A stretch of DNA of 64,000 bases from an uncultured delta proteobacterium (GTDB lineage Bacteria; Desulfobacterota; Binatia; UBA9968). The notes under the pieces were generated by a model. The model ran no database searches and was not told the origin of the DNA. It saw nothing but the letters and a program-made list of their open reading frames with translations. Below are positions 59,324 through 64,000 of this stretch, one piece after another. How positions within the stretch are numbered: position 1 is the stretch's first letter; every line of letters begins with the position of its first letter. The translations under genes and the position numbers were made by a program. The DNA is taken from contig CAWJBB010000040.1 in assembly GCA_963840855.1 (NCBI GenBank), positions 64,001 through 128,000 of the forward strand, given 5' to 3'.

Positions 59324-60383
59324 TCATTCTCCTAAGAGTTTTTTGAGCCCTTGAACAACTTCAGGCGGCTGCGCGACAACCTCTTTGGCCAGCGATTGAA
59401 GCTCCTCGCCGGCTAAGGGCTCGACCGGCCATCCGCTCTTTTTCGTCTGAGCTAAAACCTCTGGGTCTCTAAACGTTTTGTTCAGGCCTCACGCAATATT
59501 TTTACCCGCTCCGCAGGGACACCGGGAGGAGCCACTATTGGCCGCCCAAACTCGCCCGGCGCCAAGATTAGCGTTGCCAGCCGGCGCCCCACTTCGGGGG
59601 TTTTGTATCGATCCATGAGCTCATGAATAGTTGGGACTTCCGGCAGTGAAGTACTTCCGTTTTCGTCCCGTCTGAGACGAGCGGACGGACAAATCCGTTT
59701 TTTCCCCAGGTAAGGAAAGGCTCGCGACCGAAGTATGCTGTGACGGTGACCGTTCGACAATGCATCTCGCCCCGCTCGATGGCAAGGTCAACATCCGTTG
59801 CGCCCTGATAGCCGGCGACAATAGTAAATTTCGCGGCCAGGGTCTCTTCCATGAGCTTCGGTATTTGATAGAAATGCGAGCCCGTCCCCGGGGCGCCGCA
59901 CTTGGGTGGCTCCGTGGCTTTACGTATATCGTCGATGCTTTTGTAAGGGCTATCCCCGCGCATAATAAAGACGTAGTCGTATTGCTCCGGCGTGCCGATC
60001 CAATTGAATTTCGCCCAGTCGAATTGAACCTCCTTTCGACCGACAATCTGGTCCATATATATCGACGGAGTAAAACTGCCGAGAGTCAGCCCGTCCGGTT
60101 TGGCGACGTTGTAAACATAATTAGCCGCGATCACCCCGCCCGCCCCTGGCATGTTTTGCACGACGATGCCGGGGTTGCCGGCGATGTGCTTTCCCATGTG
60201 GTCGGCGATCAGGCGCGGCCAAAGATCAGCAAGAGACCCCGCCTGGGTCCCCGCGATGAGCCTTATGGACTTTCCTTGGTAGAAAGGTTGCTGCGCATGG
60301 ATAGTGGGGCTAAAGACCCAATTCGTTGCAAGGAAGAATGAGAGTAATAGGATAATGGCCCCGCCTATTGCAGATTTTTTCAT
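59324..60383 (-). CDS. TctC/Bug family substrate-binding protein, frameshifted (error or pseudogene)
   Basis: FYQGKSI, QNMPGAGG, KPDGLT, ERGEM; C-terminus continues in other frames to GLKKLLGE*. Confidence 0.85.
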
Positions 60384-60733
60384 GGCAACCTCCTGCTTTT
60401 AGTTCGGAGAGGAGAAGCCTAAGTGAAAGGAAAATGCTTTTGGGAAGTAGCCGCCGAGATATCACAAACCGCCTCCGTGACCGCGCGCTAGAGCCGGTTC
60501 AAGATGCCGATGCAGTGCCAAAGATAACGGACTAACCCTGGATCGCCATTTCGGGGCGGAGCCTATCCGATAAGGCACTGTTATGTCAATCTTCTGTGGG
60601 CAGTGTCGAAGCAACATCCGATCCCCATCATGATGCGGTCGGCGCCAGCCACGCTGAGAAGATCAGTCACCATGGCTTCGGAGAAAATTTGACAACTGCG
60701 TAGAGCGGATCTCCAGCGCCGGCACACCGAGAT

Positions 60734-62110
60734 TTACGCCGTCACATCCGCCAAAGTGAGGCTCGCCATGAGCGATTTCAGGTTCGGTAGTTCTTCCAGG
60801 TGCGCGATATGCTGCATGGCTTCCTGGATCTGCCCGTCTGGCAACACCGTTACAGCGCAGTCTTGGAACTTGGCCACGAGTTCGGCCCATGTCAGCGGGA
60901 GATCTGGATCGCCTTTCGGAACTTCGATGCGCTGGTGCCGCCTCGCGCCACTGTGCAACAGGACCTCCACGACATCTGGACCAGGCGTATCCCAGTTGAT
61001 TTTGTCCTGATCTGGATGCGTCAGGCGTACACGCTGCATCAACGCCTGGGCGCGGGGATCTTGCACGCTGGCGTCCGAGAATTGCGCCAGGCCCAACTTG
61101 CCGTGCAAGAGCGCCGCAGCCAGGCAGTACTCCATGCTAAACTTCCCCGCCAAACCCGTTTGCGGCTGGTGGTGGACGAGAAAATCGCGCATGCGCGCGC
61201 TGGTGTGGCAGATGATTTCACTGACGTCGTCGGGCTGCAGGTGGTACATATGCACCAGGTGGAGCATAGCATCAATGGCGCGGTGTGCCTGGCGACAGGC
61301 AGGATAGGGTTTCACGCCGATTCCCGGCGTGATGATCTCATACGGCGCACCAAAATCCTGTATAACCGTCTCGGGGACGAACTCCCCTTCACCGACGAAG
61401 ACGTTGAAGAAGCTAAAACGGCCGTCGAGGATATGCGGATCGGCCGTGAATCCCCGCTGCGCTAGTTGCGCCGCTTCCACTCCATTGCGCGCTGCCTCAC
61501 CAGCATGCAGTGGCTTTGTCATGGTGCCGAAGTTCTGCCGCAACCCGGCGGCTTTCGAGGCCGCGATCCCAAGCGCCATCTGTACCTGTGGACCGGTCAA
61601 CCCTAAGAGTTTCGCCGCCGCTGCCACTGCGCCTAGGGTGCCAATCGTGGCCGTCGGATGCCAGCCGTGACGCAGATGCGCGGCAGTCATAGCCTTGCCG
61701 ATTTTCGCTTCAACCTCCACCCCGATCACAAACGCCGTGATGACGTCCTTGCCACTCGCAACCAGGGTCTGCCCGAGCGCTAGCACCGCTGGGACCACAG
61801 GCGCGCTGGGATGTCCTCGCAGATGAAAGGTCACGTCGTCAAAGTCCAAAGCATGCCCGAGCGTGCCATTCGCCAAGGCCGCAAGGGCGGGCGATGTGTA
61901 AAGAGATGTGCCCAGGATGGCGGCTTCCTGATGGCCACCGGCGTCTTTGACAAATGCGGTAATGATTTGGCCCGCGGCCTCTCCATGTCCGGCCAGCGTG
62001 ACGCCGATGATGTCGAGAAGCGCCCGCTTTGCCTGGGTCACCGCACTGGCGGGCAGTTGCTCATACGTGGTCTCCGCAATCAGTTGCGCGAGCCGTTCAG
62101 TGATTGCCAT
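60734..62110 (-). CDS. MmgE/PrpD family protein
   Basis: HALDFDD, GHPS, GWHPT, TKPLHAG, KPYPAC, KFS. Confidence 0.95.
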   Translation of the reverse strand: MAITERLAQLIAETTYEQLPASAVTQAKRALLDIIGVTLAGHGEAAGQIITAFVKDAGGHQEAAILGTSLYTSPALAALANGTLGHALDFDDVTFHLRGHPSAPVVPAVLALGQTLVASGKDVITAFVIGVEVEAKIGKAMTAAHLRHGWHPTATIGTLGAVAAAAKLLGLTGPQVQMALGIAASKAAGLRQNFGTMTKPLHAGEAARNGVEAAQLAQRGFTADPHILDGRFSFFNVFVGEGEFVPETVIQDFGAPYEIITPGIGVKPYPACRQAHRAIDAMLHLVHMYHLQPDDVSEIICHTSARMRDFLVHHQPQTGLAGKFSMEYCLAAALLHGKLGLAQFSDASVQDPRAQALMQRVRLTHPDQDKINWDTPGPDVVEVLLHSGARRHQRIEVPKGDPDLPLTWAELVAKFQDCAVTVLPDGQIQEAMQHIAHLEELPNLKSLMASLTLADVTA

Positions 62111-62259
62111 ACGGTGTCTCTCTCAAGGAAATGCTGCGCTGCTGTGTATCGATTTGTGATGCCTTCATGGCCTTGCACCAGCTAGTCTTGGATAGCCCCT
62201 GCTGTTCGAGTTATCCCTTCAGACGGGTCAACAGTCTTTGCTGGAGGAGATCGAGGAGT

Positions 62260-62772
62260 TCATATGGCGGCGCTGCTGCGGGGCCACCGCTCGGAGAGCC
62301 AGGCGGGCAACGGCTCTCCTGCACTGCTGACGGCCAACTCGCGGTTCTGGTCGCCCCGACCCTCGGGGAAGCGCGCGAGCGCGCCCGGCATCTCGTAGTA
62401 TATCTCCAGGCGGTTTCCGTCGGGGTCGGCAAAGTAGATGCTGCGCTGGTTCACGTGGTCCATCGCGCGCTCGATCCGCACGCCGTGCTGGAGCAAGGTG
62501 CGGTAGGCCTCGCCGAGCGCCTCGTAGCTCGCCACTTGGAAGGCGATGTGTGCGACGCCGACCGGCCGGGCCGGGCCCCTGGCGGTCTCCGGGTTTTCGT
62601 GCTGCGCCATGTCCAGCGTGTGGAAGTCCTCCCCCAGGGTCATGAACAGATCGCCGTGCTTGGGATCCTGCTCGGCGACACGGAAGCCGAGGACGTCACG
62701 GTAAAAGGCCTTCGACCGCTCGAGGTCCGCCACCCGGAGCTGGATATGTCCGAGCTTCTTGAGCCTGATCAT
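62260..62772 (-). CDS. VOC/glyoxalase family protein (catechol 2,3-dioxygenase-like)
   Basis: LGHIQLRV.DLERS..FY, HIAF, SIYFADPDGNRLEI. Confidence 0.9.
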   Translation of the reverse strand: MIRLKKLGHIQLRVADLERSKAFYRDVLGFRVAEQDPKHGDLFMTLGEDFHTLDMAQHENPETARGPARPVGVAHIAFQVASYEALGEAYRTLLQHGVRIERAMDHVNQRSIYFADPDGNRLEIYYEMPGALARFPEGRGDQNRELAVSSAGEPLPAWLSERWPRSSAAI

Positions 62773-62867
62773 CGGGGCCTCCGTGTGAGAAAGAAAAAAG
62801 GATGAAAGATGAAGTAGGGAGCAAATTGTTTTGAGACTTATCCTTTATCCCTTATCCTTCGTCTTTG

Positions 62868-63932
62868 TCACTCCTCCAAGAATTTTTTGAGCCGTTGGAC
62901 AACTTCTGGTGGCTGCACGATCACCTGTTTGGCCAACGAGTCAAGCTCCTCGCCGGCTACAGGCGCGACCGGCCATCGCCGCTTTTTTGTCTCCGCCAAA
63001 AACTCTTCATCTTTCATTGTTCTATTCCACGCCTCGCGCAAGATTTTTACTCGCTCGGCAGGAACTCCAGGAGGAGTTAGCCAGGGACGACCAAAGATAT
63101 TCGATGCCAAGCATCACCGTAGCCAACCGCCGACCAATCTCAGGTGTTTTATACTGGTCCATCAGCTCATAGATAGTAGGGACATTCTCCACTAAAGGAT
63201 CCCGTTTCTTCCCCGTCTGAGCCAGGGGACGAACAAAACCCTTTTTCCCCCAAGCAATGTAAGGCTCGCGGCCAAAAAAAGCGGTAACGGAAATGGAACG
63301 ACAGCGCACCTCGCCCCTCTCGATGGCAAGATCAACATCCGGCCCCCCCGTATAGCCTGAGACCAGGGTGAGTTTCATTCCCAGGACCTCCTCCAAAAGC
63401 TTGGGTACCTGGTGTACAAACGAGCCCGACCCTGTGGTGCCGCATTTGGGCGGCTCTGTCGCTGAGCGCATATCCTCGATGCTTTTGTAAGGACTATCCG
63501 CGCGAGTAATAAACAACCATTCGGTTTGCTCCGGCGTGCCGATCCAATTGAATCTGGCCCAATCGAACTGCACTTCCTTTCGCCCAATTAGCTGGTCCGT
63601 GTAGATTCCCGGAATGATAGCGCCGATGGTGAGCCCATCCGGTTTGGCAACGTTGTACAGATAATTTGCCGCAACCAGTGAGCCTGCTGCCGGCATGTTC
63701 TGCACGACGACGTTGGGGTTGCCCGGGATCTGCTTTCCTATGTGGTTGGCAAATGGCGCGCCCAAAGATCATAAAGACCGCCGGCCTGATTGCCTATGAT
63801 GAGGGTTATGCTCTTTCCCTGATAGAACGGGGCCTGGGCATGGAGTGCGGGGCTAAAGATCAAACTCGCCGCAAGGAAAGATAAAAACACTAGAATAGGA
63901 ATAATGGCCGCGCCTGTCCCAGATTTCCTCAT
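62868..63932 (-). CDS. TctC/Bug family substrate-binding protein, two frameshifts
   Basis: Three consecutive ORF pieces reconstruct a paralog of 59324-60383. Confidence 0.85.
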
Positions 63933-64000
63933 GGTAGCCTCCTGCTTCAGTTCGGAGAGGAGAACTAAGTGATAGGAATTTGCTTTTGGGAAAACTGTGC

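Overview
Bacterial genomic window. The many orphan TctC/Bug solute-binding proteins and amidohydrolases suggest a Binatota/Deltaproteobacteria-like soil MAG (inference), and scattered single-base frameshifts suggest a long-read assembly. Roughly 3-43 kb is a hypervariable mosaic: about 13 type II toxin-antitoxin modules (some broken), a truncated ISAs1-family element, an IS21 element, one intact REP-associated tyrosine transposase (RAYT) plus seven RAYT remnants, a disrupted four-helix-bundle gene, a TM0106-family nuclease-helicase, SrkA, and many short fragments of unrelated genes. Roughly 44-64 kb is a catabolic/transport region (maiA, DctP, cyclase, peptide-type ABC operon, ICL/PEP-mutase family, amidohydrolases, MmgE/PrpD, VOC, TctC paralogs). 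Intergenic DNA carries several repeat families: a ~140-bp IS200/IS605-like palindromic element in 6 co-oriented copies, three TIR MITEs, a 32-bp palindrome, and inverted arms made of 6-9-bp periodic repeats. The best candidate for an undescribed system is the RAYT remnants bounded by subfamily-specific 15-19-bp inverted termini, with related GGG(T/A)C motifs at many junctions of the TA/fragment mosaic. No rRNA, tRNA, CRISPR array, integrase or reverse transcriptase was seen. All family calls are by motif recognition, without database searches.
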